A DNA stretch of 64,000 nt, taken from assembly GCA_047495785.1 (NCBI GenBank), contig JBLDXI010000034.1:124001-188000 (forward strand), read 5' to 3'. The notes beneath the pieces are model-generated. The model made no database searches. It worked only from the letters and a program-made list of their open reading frames with translations, and was not told where the DNA came from. Positions 1 to 12,919 of this stretch are shown here, piece after piece (within the stretch, counting starts at the first letter, position 1; the number at the start of each line of letters is the position of its first letter). The translations under genes and the position numbers were made by a program. Origin of the DNA: Lepidodermella squamata. Taxonomy: Eukaryota; Animalia; Gastrotricha.

Positions 1-216
1 CCGTACTCAGACCACTGCCGCTAGGATTGATTTTATTTTTGAGTTATGATTCAAGTATGGCAATGTATCTTGAAGGGTCTCAGAATAAATAGAAACATCA
101 GATACTGAGCTTCAAGCTCGGGAAAATCAGATAGAGCGATCAAAATAAGAAGGTTCATTGACGTTTTTTGTATTCCAGTTTGAATCGTTAGGCTGATTTG
201 TAAAGTTTCATCAATT

Positions 217-3200
217 TCAAATACGTTCGCATATGCCAGCAGACAAGCTTCCGCAAGATCCTTGCACAAGTGTACCCGAATAAAGTGCTGTGCCTGCGTA
301 ATAATTAAAATGAACAATTAAAATCGCTTGAAATCCGATTCGCCTTACATTGCCCAGAGTTACCGCCGGCATCTATTGAGTAATCGAACGCTGAGTTGTT
401 GAAAGGCTGCCCCGTTATCCATGAAAAAGCGCTGCGGTTGCTGCGCTTAGCCCCGATAAAGGCATCGACACCAAGCTGGTCGACTATCGCTTTAGCTGCG
501 TCGAATGAGGCTTGGTCCTTGAGAAGGGCGAGTGTCTTATTGCGATCTTGGCAAAATTGGGCCATTTGATCTCTATCGCCAGTTGTATTTGAGATCTCCA
601 TGTCTGCCAATGTCTGAAGAAAATTTTCTTATACGATTGTCGTGAGAAGTCGTGAGCAAAAACTTACAGCGCCACTGCAAAGTCCATACTTCGCGGAATC
701 ACATGGCGCATCAATGTAACTGCCATTGGTTAAAACTATACCTGGAATGAACGAAAATACAGCTTAATCATTAAAAATACACGGCGAACCCCAATTTGAA
801 CAATAGACTGATTGTAATTTGATTCGATTCGATTCAAACAGTATATTCGCTGTGAAATTACTGATTGAGGTAAGCACATCCTCATTCGGAAAGTGGCACA
901 CCTGCGCGCTGCGCGCATTGGCGCATTTCAAAAAGTCGGATTCGCACGCATGCGCATTAGCGCACACAGGGCCATTGAGCTAACTCCGTCTGGCCAACCA
1001 TTCGATGGCCCTTTCATAGGTTAAGGAGCACGATTGTGTCATTTTGAGCTATTTTCAGCTGTTAAAGAGAGCAAATAACAAACATGTTTCCTAGCTGTAG
1101 GCAGTCTTTTTCAACAAACGCTTCTCTTTATTAATTACCAGGACCCCATATCCAATCGACGGATTTAATTTTAGCTTATAAACCGTGATACCCGTGACGT
1201 TTCGACAAATAAGAGTGCATCAGACATAGGCGGGCCTCCAAATGTTCTCAGGGCAACGCTTCTTTTGGATTGATTGATTTTATTTACCCTTTGGACAAAA
1301 ATAGGAAACGTCGCCAAAAAATTGTCCTAATCTCCTTACAATGCACGCTGCGATAATGGTGATTTGATGCAAATTTATAAAAAATCTATAGAATATTTCA
1401 GGGCTCAATACCGCCCTCCTTAGTTTCGTGCCGCCCACAATATTAATAAAGGTAAAATCGGACTTGTAAATTCGAAACGATGTGCGGGCTCTCAACGCAT
1501 GCGCAAATCTTTGTCACTTCACTTTTTTCGAGCGAGAACACGCGCGCAGCCCTGAAGTTTTAAAAAATTCCGACTTACCGCTCGCGCAAAGTCCATGTTT
1601 ACCCTCTGGTGGCGCAATTCATGTTGGGGTCAACTAATGGTAAAAGGATATTAATACTTTCCCTTCCCTCAAAAAATCACGCATAGATAGGAAATCATCG
1701 ATCTTACATTCGCCGTAACCGTATGGGCTATTGTTTTGCCATAGTGGCGTGTCGATCGGGATGATGCTGTGATCGTCATCCCACGTGAAATCAGCAACCA
1801 GCCCGATAAAGCCTAAAACCGTAACATTTGACGCGGCAGCCAACTCATCTGCCGTGAAAATAGTGGCCAAGCGGCCACCATCCTGCTTACAAGCTTCTAA
1901 TTGAGCACGGAATAAGCCTTGGCGGAGCGAGGATTTGAAATACGATTTGACAGGTTTGGTTGGGGCGAGGTCCTTTAAGCAGGCCGCGTAGTTATCAGCA
2001 AATGTTGTCGAGTTGGAATATATTTTCACCTAATTTGAAAAAAATTTGAAAAGAAGACAGATGTAATTATTTCAATTATCTGCTCACCGCTGTTGAACCA
2101 GTTGGGCAAATGTTGTAACAATTCTTGATTGTTGAATTATCACACCGGACGGCATTCTGAAAATGTTGGAAAATTTGAAGGAAATCTGCGAAAAAATCGA
2201 ATCACGTTCTTTCCGTTATTTTCTCTATGTTTATCCTATAAAGATTTAGTATAGCTTCAATTAGACTGGAATCCACGCCAATATATTTTATACAGTGTGT
2301 CCAAAAAATGTTCATACAACATTAAACAACATTATGAATTGCATATTTTGGCGAATTTTCCCAAGGTTGACCCAAGGTTGAACACGATTTTGAAAGCGCT
2401 AATCGCTAGGTTTATGTGGTTACAAGGATTTTAAAAACCAGGGCACGAAGTGGGATTCTCGAGCTAGGGGGTATTTTCGGGCCCAAATTTTATGACCAAA
2501 AGGGTCCCCTCTGTTGTTTGCCTCTGGCCTTGTGAACTGGGGGGTACGATACCCCTCATTCCCCCTCTCATTCCCCCCCTCCGTACTTCGCGCACTGTTG
2601 AAAATTACGTCTTCTCAAATCATCGTGCCCGTCTAAGCTAGTTCGAAACAACTAGAAAAATAATATTTGCCTAGATCAAAATATTTGTTACAATTATAAA
2701 AAAAATCATAGTTTTCATTTCAGATGTATATACTTCGGACCATGAAGAGGTCGGAAATCGTGAACTACGATTGGGATTTGGTGTTTATTCAGCCCGAATA
2801 CTCACCCAAGATAAGCAAGCGGCTTTGTTTCTGTAGACGCCAGTTGAAAATTGTGCGGTTTCATTGGCCAGGCATTTTGTGCTGGCCAGTCGGCATGCAG
2901 TGAACGCGTTAGTATTCGCATCGAAGCAGCGAATGTGGGGCTTCACGGAATCAGCTCCTGAATTAACAAAATGAGTAAATGAAGAATTCAGCAGGGCTGC
3001 AATAGTTGCGTCCCAGTCGGAAATCAGTAGACCGAGAAATAGCGGAATGATCGAATTAGGATCGAATAAAGATCTATCAACTATGATCGTAGAAATTAGG
3101 TCACAGCTAGACCGAGGCGACCATTCAAACAGCCCTAATCGTGTAAATTGCGTCTATACCCATAGATCGAGGCTCCTCGATCGCCGCTAGGTCAGATTTC

Positions 3201-6200
3201 GTTCAGCTCCAGACAATTCATTGGCAATAATCAGCACATTTAATTACTCAACGAAGATTTAGCCACTTGGAGTAGGCCAGGGTCGTTTTAATAGGATCTA
3301 ACCAGATCGATCTAGCCAGGGTCGACCCACAAGCAGCGATGCTCTGATTTAACCACTGACTGAGCCACGTTCTAGGTCATCAATTTCACACACATGGATC
3401 TAACGCGATAGATCTACAGCTGACCTACGTGGCAATATTCAGGTCATAAATTGTCTTGTTCGATTCAAAATTGGTTCGAGTCCAGCACGTGTTGTTATGA
3501 CGCAGCATTGTTACAGCATTGGATTTCTGAACTACTTTGAGAATGAAATAAATCTCTCATTCCGCCATTCTTTAACCTAATTCGCACTTGCCATTTTCAG
3601 TCATAATTTTTGTTCAATTTTGTTGAGGCTGACTTGCTCTTTGACTTTCTGTTGACTTGCTTTTTCTCTGCTATATGCTATGGCTATGCTGCTACCTCAA
3701 CGCTCTTAGTTGATAGTCTTAGTAAATTTATTAAGATTTTTAAGATCAGAGAAATTCCGAAAGCCTGTTTATTCGCCCACTAAATCTTACCTCTAAAATA
3801 CATGTAGATTCAAACCCCATTTTAACCGACTGGACTCAATGAAGTTTTTGACATTTTTAGAATTTTATTAATTTCCATCCCGATGACAGCCGTCGGCCGT
3901 AGTACAGGCTTGAAATGTCCGTCTATTTTTTCCTGAATTTTGTTATTAATTATTTTTACTTAGGATCATTAAACGCCAACCATTCTCGCCCGTCACCTTC
4001 ATTTTTTATGAAATTGCTTCAAGTTCAACATCGCGTACTTAGGCAGTCGTGATCTACTTGGTTTGTTATTTGTTTCGAAAATTCCACCTTAATTATTAAA
4101 GCTACCTCATTAGGTTCCTGTCGAACCTGCCTCGCAAGGCTGACTGTTCAACGGCCGAAGACATCGTCATTTCAATATGCCATCCAATGCCGAGTCTCAA
4201 TTTAACAAGATTGTGTGAAAACCAACAAACCCTGCGGTAAGAAATTTGAAATTTCCCTGCCTGTCAGATTTAGGTGAAAAAAAACTAAAAAAATTGATGA
4301 AATAGCATCAAACTTATTAGAAACCTGAAATAATTTGTCAAGTCAACCTTTAATGCTCTCGTAGAATTTTCTGAGACCTAGGACTGCTTACCATTGATGC
4401 GAAAGTTTTCGCTATTCAATTTAGATGAATTTCGCATTTTCGAATTTCGAAGCAAAAATCGAAATTTCCAATTTTAATTAATAAGTTTTTAATTAGTTTC
4501 CTAATTTTTAATTTTCGATGTGATCAGGACGAAAATTTGGAATGCAAAACGATTATCGAGCGATTGTGGCTAAAAGCTGCGGCTATCAGCTGGTAAGCAA
4601 GAAATATTTTCTGAAATTCTCATCTAATTATTTCTCCTGAAACTTCATCAATTTTCCCCGAATACTCGATGAATCGTTCGTCGAATTCAACCATCGTGAA
4701 ATCGTGTGGGTGAGAAAAATGAATTTTTAACAATATTTTGTCTTTTGGTCTCAGCAATAACAAACAAATTCAAGTTGTATTGAATTTTCCAGATGCAAAA
4801 GTTGGTTCACAATTTCGGGCGAATTTCAACTCGATCGATGTGAAAATGGCAAGTCAATTTTGCAGCTATTTTTTATTAATTTTTGAGAAAAATCTTTAGG
4901 TTCGCCGTGCCAAGATAACGTGGCTAGCTCAATTTCCTTGTTGCCGAGTCAATTCGAGCTCCCATTTCAGGTAAGACCCAGGGATTTTACCGAAAAATGC
5001 CAATCTCATCTTAAATTTATTTTCAGAGATAACAGTTTGAACATTTTCGCTGGACTGAAGCGACGACAAGGCGAGGCGGCTACGACTTGCTGAGCTGCTG
5101 GAAAATTGAATCGAAATTTCAAGCAGAGAGACATTATTTTAAATATTTATGTGATTTGTGATTTATTACTTAATCGTGATAAAATATGACGAATTGATTA
5201 TTGCGAAACTTTATTTTTGAAATAAATGAAGAAACGTTGGAATAATTGAGTTTTATGATGGTAAAAGAACCAAGTAGAGGAACAGCTGGGGCGAGCCGTG
5301 ATTCATGCCAGCCGATGGTTATTCGGACCTAGATCTACACACGATCTAATCGCGAAAATTTAGATCTACCAGCGGTCTATCCATCAGGATCTATCCGCCG
5401 TCTAGGTAGTCGCTAGCTAGATCTACCCCAGTGTCATTTTTCGCATCCTACACGATCTATCCAGATACACCCAATAATAGCGGTTAGGGTCTAGCTAGGA
5501 TCTATTTTTTTACGACTGGGGTATCATGGTATCCTGATACTGGAAGTTTCTGAGGATGGCAGAAAAATTAGGAAAAAATAAAAAGGGTATGTTTTTATCA
5601 ATTTTATCAATTCAGAATGACCTGAATGCGCGAGTGTGCAATAACATTTAATAGGTTCGAATTTCATATCTTAGCTTAAGAATCATAATCCGCATATCGT
5701 CCTAATTATGACGCTTATTCAGGTCCCACCAGACATTTCATCTTCGAATTTTATTGTTGTATAATTTTAAAACCCCTTCGAGAAATTGGCATCGGCTTTG
5801 CGGCCTCCCAACTCGTTAACTGACCGCAGGCAGGGTGCGAAGTACAGGGGTGCTGGGGTATCGCGACACCCCAGCTCCGGGAATCTAACCAGAGGAAGGC
5901 AGGAAATACCACAGGGGGGAACCCTTTGGTTTCTTCGGCTGGGTCCTAGAAAACAAGTAGAAAATACCTCAGCTCCCGGATCCTACTTCGCACACTGACT
6001 GCAGGTAACGCAAAATAAACGTAACATTAGGATCTATCTGCTGGGGTCATCTCAAAAATCGTTATAGTTCTTAATTCTCATTAGGGCATATCAACTTACT
6101 GCCGAAATTCTGCAGACAGGCTTCCAAGCTGGTAAATCCAGTTTGTGCTTTATTCTGAAAAAATTATTGGTAGAACGCAGCCAACTAGCCGGAGAGAAAT

Positions 6201-8933
6201 TACCGTAGTGTTGGAGCAGGGAAAATCGCTCGGAATGCAAGTGACGAATTGCTGAGCTGAATCGACGCAAGAATCGAACTTCTTTTTCTGTTGATCAAAT
6301 TCTCTTTGATTCATTGTAAACATGGTAGATAGTTATTACCGGAAATTGGTTCAAATCCGTAGTATAATTGTACATGTTAGTTTTTAGCGGGAAGAAGCCG
6401 TTGTACGAGCTGCCGACCTGGAATAACGTTGACATTGGGGTTATTTTTTAATTTTTTATTTAATAGTTCACAGAGTCGCAACACTGGTGCATCGGCCGAA
6501 TTTCAATCAACATCATTTCCACAAACGTGTTTATCATTCATTCAGTTTTCTATGGATTTCTTCCCATATTATACTAATTAGTCGTTGTCAACCTTTTCAT
6601 TCTAGATAATTGTAATTATTCCTAATTTTTATTATTATTATTTTGTTATTTTAATTGAGCAGCAATTTCATCTCAAAATAAGAGTTTCCTTTTTGATAAA
6701 TTGTTTCAACAACAACTACAAGATGAAATTGGTTGATTCAGCATTAGCCATCCAACTTGAATTTTCGGTGTTTTATTATAAGTTTTATTTGGGATAAGCC
6801 AGGACAATGCCAAACTACGAATGTGAACGACTGATATGTGGTTACCAAATTACAGGCTACCATACTACCGAAGGTCTCCTGGCCTCCTGGAACCTATTGA
6901 ATCCCCAGCTACAATCAGTTTGTGCACACTAAAGCCAAGCAAGTTGGAGGCGATAGAACGATTGAGAACCCTGAGACAGCAGGAGGGTGGATCATTCCGA
7001 GCACTGGCGGAGCGAGTCAGGGTTCTCGTTGCAGCGGCTCAGCCGTCACTTTCGCATGATCAACTCGAAGAAACAGCCCGCGACTTGTTTCAAACCGTTT
7101 TCAGCGATGAGCAAAGGAAAGTAGAAGTGCAACGATTCATTGTCGTATGAAACAGCCGGTGGCCACGCTAGCCGAGTTGGCTGAGGCCGGGATGGGGCCG
7201 CAACAATCAGAATTACCCGAAAGCGAACAGCAAACCCTATGGCAATGACCCATCAGGACCCCGGAAACCTTCAGGCTCGTGGCGCCTCAGGTTCGAGCGG
7301 CTCAAATGATCAACGACGATGAAAAGAACGAGCAGGAAGCGTTGATGTGGAATTGAAAGCATCGGCGCTGGGACCGAGATCAAAACAAAATAAAACTGTG
7401 AACAATAACTTGAATCGTGTAGAAGGAGTTCCGTTCCTGGTATGCGAAAATCTCACAGTTGCCGCACTGCTCGATGCGAATTTCTTCAACAAATATATAG
7501 GAGACTGGAAGGTCCATATTCCAGAGCTCAATCCCAAAAACAAGAGGCATTCGAAAGGTCCTTAGCAGTGAATCGAGTGTCGGTCACGAAACGAGATGAC
7601 GCTCAGGAAGCGGTGTATAAAGGTGAAGCGAGGGCATGATTATGTAAGTCACCTTCTAGGACCGTTCCGGTCTATGGTTGAAGCTCTCTTGCGAAAACAC
7701 GACGATCTGTTTTGCTGGGATGGAGTGGTTAAACCATTAAAGATTCCGGTTATGCACGGCACCGAGACTCACCCTAGAGCACCGCCGCGAACAGAAAAGA
7801 ACCGAAGATACAATCCTCACAAGCTGGCAGCAATTAGGGAGCTGGAGGCTCCTTTTACGACATCAGCAACACCCGTCGAAGCGCCAACCGGGATAAACAA
7901 ATGCCCTGCCCCTACTGAAGTACGGCATGTACGCTCATGTTTCCACGGCGGTGCTTGATCGGCTAGAGGCGGTCCAAGAACGTTTCTGCGGAGCGACCGC
8001 CGTCGATCATCAACCACTGAAGAACGTCGTTCTTGTTCATGACTTGTCTCTACAAGGTCATCGTGGCACGCCGTGGCGCACCCCAGTTGCAATCGAGGTT
8101 CAAAATCCAAGAATAGATGCGCGAACGCTTCGTCGATCGCTTGAATGGCACCAATGTGAGTTGCGGCAGTCAATGCTGTGGCAAAGCGCGGTTTAACGAC
8201 CACCAGGTACCGAGAGCTACCACAACGTCTAAATGATAGCCTCACTCCTCACAGCCTGGAACAACCAACTACCCGCTAGATGCTAGATGCTTTCCCGAAA
8301 ACACTGGCATAGAATTTTTCAAAATTCAGATGAGCTCTCTAGGCCTGAGCAATTCGCAATTCATTAATATTTGGTAGATAAAAACGGCTTGAAATCCCAT
8401 ACAACTTTGATAAAAAAATTTAGAAATTTTAATCAGAACGGTGCGTGAAAAGTGTACATTTGTCAACAAATCTTGGAGCGTCTAATCACCGATGACATAT
8501 CGATGTCCAATTAAGTAACCAAAAAATCAACTAACCATTATCTCGTCCGTTTTCGCACAACCAGGGCTTCCCGGTCGACATGTTGCCGCATAAGTCGTCA
8601 ATCGGTAGCACAATCTAGCAGTCTGTGCGGAAATAACACAATTCGATATACAAGTTAAGCCAGCACTCAATCAAAAAATCAAAGAAACTCACCGACTTCA
8701 TGCACTTTGATTGATCCGGCCAACCTTCGCCAGGCTGCCAAAATACGACAATTCATAAAACAATTAGGTAAGAATTTCGAGTTATTAACCTGATATTCGC
8801 TCAATTTGAAACAGCCGTTTGATAATTCGCGGCAACTCGTGAACGTATCGTCGAATTGGGAGAAGCAACGAGCCCAGTCGCCACACAGAACCGCATCGAT
8901 TGCGATGAAAAATACGAGGACAATTTGCTTCAT
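217..8933 (-). CDS. Secreted 5x Cys-repeat + double CTLD protein, paralog 1 (12 exons)
   Basis: ATG 8933 (MKQIVLVFFIAIDAVLC signal peptide, then GDWARCFSQFDD). GT-AG exons about 8790-8933, 8693-8734, 8536-8622, 6340-6417, 6205-6288, 6099-6154, 2806-2958, 2088-2156, 1709-2029 (CTLD1: C..DGGRLATI..FIGL..W), 668-741, 349-613 (CTLD2), 217-293 ending GICERI-TGA. Same exon series as the paralogs. Confidence 0.85.
2439..2597. mobile_element. hAT-like MITE
   Basis: TIRs CAGGGCACGAAGT / ACTTCGCGCACTG; imperfect 8-bp TSD ttaaaaac/ttgaaaat; related copies at 5831 and about 46080. Confidence 0.7.
3012..5520. mobile_element. Non-autonomous CMC/EnSpm(CACTA)-like DNA transposon in an intron of paralog 1
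   Basis: Ends CCCAGTCG...CGACTGGG, 2-bp GT direct repeat on both flanks, subterminal (TA)GATCTA motifs clustered at both ends. Confidence 0.65.
5831..5997. mobile_element. hAT-like MITE
   Basis: TIRs CAGGGTGCGAAGTA / TACTTCGCACACTG; 8-bp TSD accgcagg/actgcagg. Confidence 0.75.
6836..8280 (+). mobile_element. Degenerate, internally deleted Ty3/gypsy LTR-retrotransposon relic
   Basis: Frameshifted pieces resembling gag (LRQQEGGSFRALAERVRVL), pre-RT (LLRKHDDLF..H...T.P..P....RR), RT-RNaseH connection (PAPTEVRHVRS), RNase H (DHQPL) and integrase (TTTRY..PQ.LN). No LTRs seen. Confidence 0.65.
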
Positions 8934-9358
8934 TATCACAAACGAAAAGCGTCGAAATAACAGTGAATAAAGCTGTAAGGTTTAGAATAATGTTTAAGAA
9001 AATATGTTTTGATGTTTGAGAAGCACGCGCTTGTCCATATTTCCATGCACGTGGAACTGATCTCCATTGTACGTGACGATTTTGTGTCTAGTTGTAGTTT
9101 TTGTAAACAATTTTCATTCATGATCACAATCAGCAGCACAATATTGCAACAACTGGTGCACACTAATGAATATCCAGAAAAGTAGGAAAAATCAATTATC
9201 GCCAGGGCAAATTATTTGTAAATAAACATGTTAACTCTTCACAGATGACGATATCGAAATTTTGATTTGGCCAGCGCACAGTACTTTCGAATTTTGAATT
9301 TTCGATCGCCGTTTGGTGAAATACATAGACATAATATCAGTATAGACTGTCTATTTAA

Positions 9359-9637
9359 TTTTATCCACGATCAGAATTTTCTCTATCCGGCAAAATAAAA
9401 CTTGTCCAATAGATATTATTTACCAATTTTCCCATTTTTTCAACTTATAAAATTCTCATGTAGCTAGTTCTCCTTCAAATAACAAAAAATGACCAATCGG
9501 TCCAAAGTCCATTACAAAGGTCCAAATAAATTAAAGAAATTGAATACCAAGTTGAAAAAAATCGGAAAATAGGTAAAAAATATATATTGGACAAGTTCTA
9601 TATTGCCGGATAGAGAAAATTCTGATCGTGGATAAAA
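9359..9637. repeat. Inverted repeat / MITE-like foldback
   Basis: Arms about 9359-9445 and 9551-9637 (ttttatccacgatcagaattttctctatccggcaa and its reverse complement). Confidence 0.7.
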
Positions 9638-10194
9638 TGATTTTTCTGAAATGTTCACAAATTACCGCTCTGAAAGACGCTTAAAATGGCGATATTTCGT
9701 AGAAGTGACCAACTTCAAGAAAATTTTAAAAAAGTTAGAAAAAACCGTCTCGTGAGACGGGAGTCATTCGATAGAGAAGTGCTTCTAGTATTCCGGAGTA
9801 TTTTTTTGAAATTTGTGGGAAATCACAACTTGAGGGAAATAACAATGGGAAAGGAAAGATTTTCTCTGATAATTTTAGAAAATAATTGAAAATCGAAAAA
9901 TTACATTAGTGAATACAAATAAAGGTCGCGTGCCCACTTTTTCTTGTTTTGGGGTGAATTTATTTACTGTAGGAAGATCGCTAGTTTCCGATCTGTATAG
10001 AGTTGTCTATGCTGGCTGGATTTTAACGAAACGTTAGGATGCAATTTAAGAAACTCGACAGCAGTCATCGGAATTTCATTTCTGGTTAATGAAAATGGCT
10101 CAGTTTCGATCAAAGGTCGCATTTCGAATATCAAAACATCAACAGATAGATCTCTTCAAGAAGAATGCAGCAATTTATTTCCCATATTTTTAGT

Positions 10195-10530
10195 ACATTG
10201 TGTGACCACTTAAAAGTCCAATCCATTGCGCACGCTGATTGGTCAATCGATCGTTGCTATGACTCCCGGATGAAACGTTCTGTCGTGCGATCCATAAGAT
10301 TTTTTGCAACAAGTGTTTTTTGCCGCAGCAATTTACCACAATTAATATGGAGTTTACGCTCGTGGTCAATGGAAACCGGGCAGAGGGTGTGGCAAGGTCA
10401 TTTTTTTCATAAATATAAAATAATTTATTAGTGGATCGCACGACTGAAATGTTTCATTCCGGAGTCACTAGCAACGACAAATTGACCAATCAGCGTGCGC
10501 GCCAAGGTTCAACTTACCAGTGGTTCCATA
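10195..10530. repeat. Inverted repeat / MITE-like
   Basis: gcgcacgctgattggtcaa...gtcgtgcgatcca (10228-10294) inverted at 10432-10500. Confidence 0.65.
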
Positions 10531-11498
10531 ATGTAATGAAGAAATTAAAAAAAAATGGAAATAAGTTTTCGCATCAGGATATGAACCATGAAAACTGATA
10601 CAAAGAAAGTTAAATTGAGCGACCTTTTCATGAAAGCGAATTCCTCATACCACGAGCTACCTTTTGATTCCTGATTTCTTGGAATTTTGAATAATTTCTC
10701 CTTGAAAAAACAATTGAAAGGCAATGACTGGTTGGAGGCTTAAATTCTGAACCTTAGCTTAATAGCCAAGAAATCGATGGCTGAAATTTTGAATTTTTCT
10801 GTGTTTTTTTGGATGTAAACAAAAGCCTAAATCCGAGTTATTCAACGACGCTAACGATATATTATGGTTTTTCGAGTTTCATGTCTTAACCTGCTTAGCC
10901 GATATAGATTTTCAAATTACGTACTTTGCGCCATCAGGCGACATCGATTTGAAATCAGTGATTTTTCCGATTTAGCCGTCTTTGAACCCTACATCGATAG
11001 TTTTTCTACTTACCTATTTCGATAATTAAAAAAAATTGATGAACACTTTGCAAACGAATTCTGGAAATTTAAATACTGGCGTAAAATGTCCAGAATGGCG
11101 AATCCATAACAACTGGACTGCCAAGGAAGGCAAATTGATGACCTGCGGCAGAACAACATAAAACTGGCCTGGCATTAGGCATTAATAGCGCCAGGCTTGG
11201 TCAAATTTCCTCACCGATTATAATAACAAACTGTGTGGGGACGGTTTCGTCGTATCTATCTTTATTGAAAACTGAGTTCCTCGACATTGTTGATACAATG
11301 TGAAGTTTCATAGTAGTACAATTTCATTAGTTACTATGACCACGATAAGCCTTCAGATTTAAATCAAATAAATAATGCCTTCATTTCGAGAAAATAAAAG
11401 GTTTCGCTTCACGAAACTTCAACACAAAATGGAATTAAAGTCATCAGCGTTCAGCTTTGTTCCAGTGTAGAGATGCTAGCCGAAAGCCAGCATCATTA

Positions 11499-12420
11499 TC
11501 ATAGACGTTCGCATAAGGCGGGTTTATACGCACTACAATCTCCCAACACCAGTCCAGTCAAATGCGCAAACATACCTGTATTATGAAAAGGTTACAATTT
11601 AAAACGAAGCTTAACTCCTATCAATCCCCATCCTTACAGTGCAAATTGAAGTTAGGCGGTCCAGGAATGTTGAGAAACGTGGCGTTGGCCGGCTCGCCGG
11701 TAATCCAGGAGTAAGTGGTCGGGTCAACTCGTTTCCCACCGATGTACGCTGGTTCAATATTTGAGGAAATCGCTTTAGCAGCGTCGAACATGGCCTGATC
11801 CTTGAGTATCGCCAGTGGCTTTGCAAGGGCCTGGCAAGCACTCACCGCATCAGTTCGATTGCCCCTAGTTGAAGTGCGTTGCAAGTTCGCTGGTGTCTGG
11901 AAACAATTCCATCTCGTTAACAGCATCAGCGCATATTTCCCTACTAGAACTTACGTCACCGCAAATGGCATGGTATGAATCCGAGCAACTTGAATCACCG
12001 AGGCCCTCTATCCTCATGGTCATACCTGTGAAAAAAAAAGTAAAACCAGTATCAGCTATGATCGAGCGCATATTTCGCAGCTCTCAAAAAAGACACTTTT
12101 GTGCCAGAGGCATGCGCGCGAACCCGAGATGGAAAATTCGTTGTTTCATATGAAATCTTACATTCGCCCAAGTTTGCTGGTGATAATCTCGCCCAAAATG
12201 GCGAATCCATAACAACATTGCTGCCATCGTCCCATTTGAAATCGGCCAAAATGCCAACGAAAGCAAATTGATAACGTGCAATTTTCAAGGCCAAATACAA
12301 GTCGGCCGGACTGGAGAACGTTGCTAGGCGCCCGCCCGCATTTTTACAGGCAAGTCTCTGGCTATAAAAGCTTTGAGCGTTGAATAAATAATACTTGAGG
12401 GGTGGCAAGTCACCCAGGCA
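11499..12420 (-). pseudogene. 5'-truncated double-CTLD paralog 2
   Basis: Last four exons intact (about 12161-12420, 11954-12024, 11638-11896, 11499-11575 ending ALCERL-TGA). Homology stops mid-exon at CLGDLPP. No upstream Cys-repeat exons found for this copy. Confidence 0.75.
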
Positions 12421-12887
12421 ATAAAGTTTGCAGCTGTTGATTTGTTGTTGTAGCCGTAGGTAGCGCGTTTATGGCGACCCAGTTTAATGACCGGACACGA
12501 TCCGTAGCTCTTCACGCAGCTAGTAGCTAGACCGGCGAGTAAACACTCGTATACAGATAATCCCTTGATCGAGGACTGTAAAACACGGCAAACTGTCTCA
12601 GACGCCGCGCGGGGTGCGTGTCGAGGTGCGCAGCCGGTGCGTATGTGCTTGAGGACTGGGGCCTCAAGCGTATGCGTGCGTATGTTGTATGAAGATTAGA
12701 TGGATTGGCTGGATTGCGCGTGATTGGAGCAATAAATGCTCCGAGAAAGGCGATTTCTCATATTTTTTCTCGCCAAAGACATCGATTCGTCGCTATCATG
12801 GGGTCTATGTATGGCGGCGGGACGAAACCCATCTGGGTTTAGTTGTAGCTTTCAAGCGCAACAAGCTCGGGCGTCCACCGAGATGCA

Positions 12888-12919
12888 AGAGAGAGAGAGA
12901 GAGCGAGAGAGAGAGAGAG
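12888..12919. repeat. (GA)n microsatellite
   Basis: agagagagagagagagcgagagagagagagag. Confidence 0.9.
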
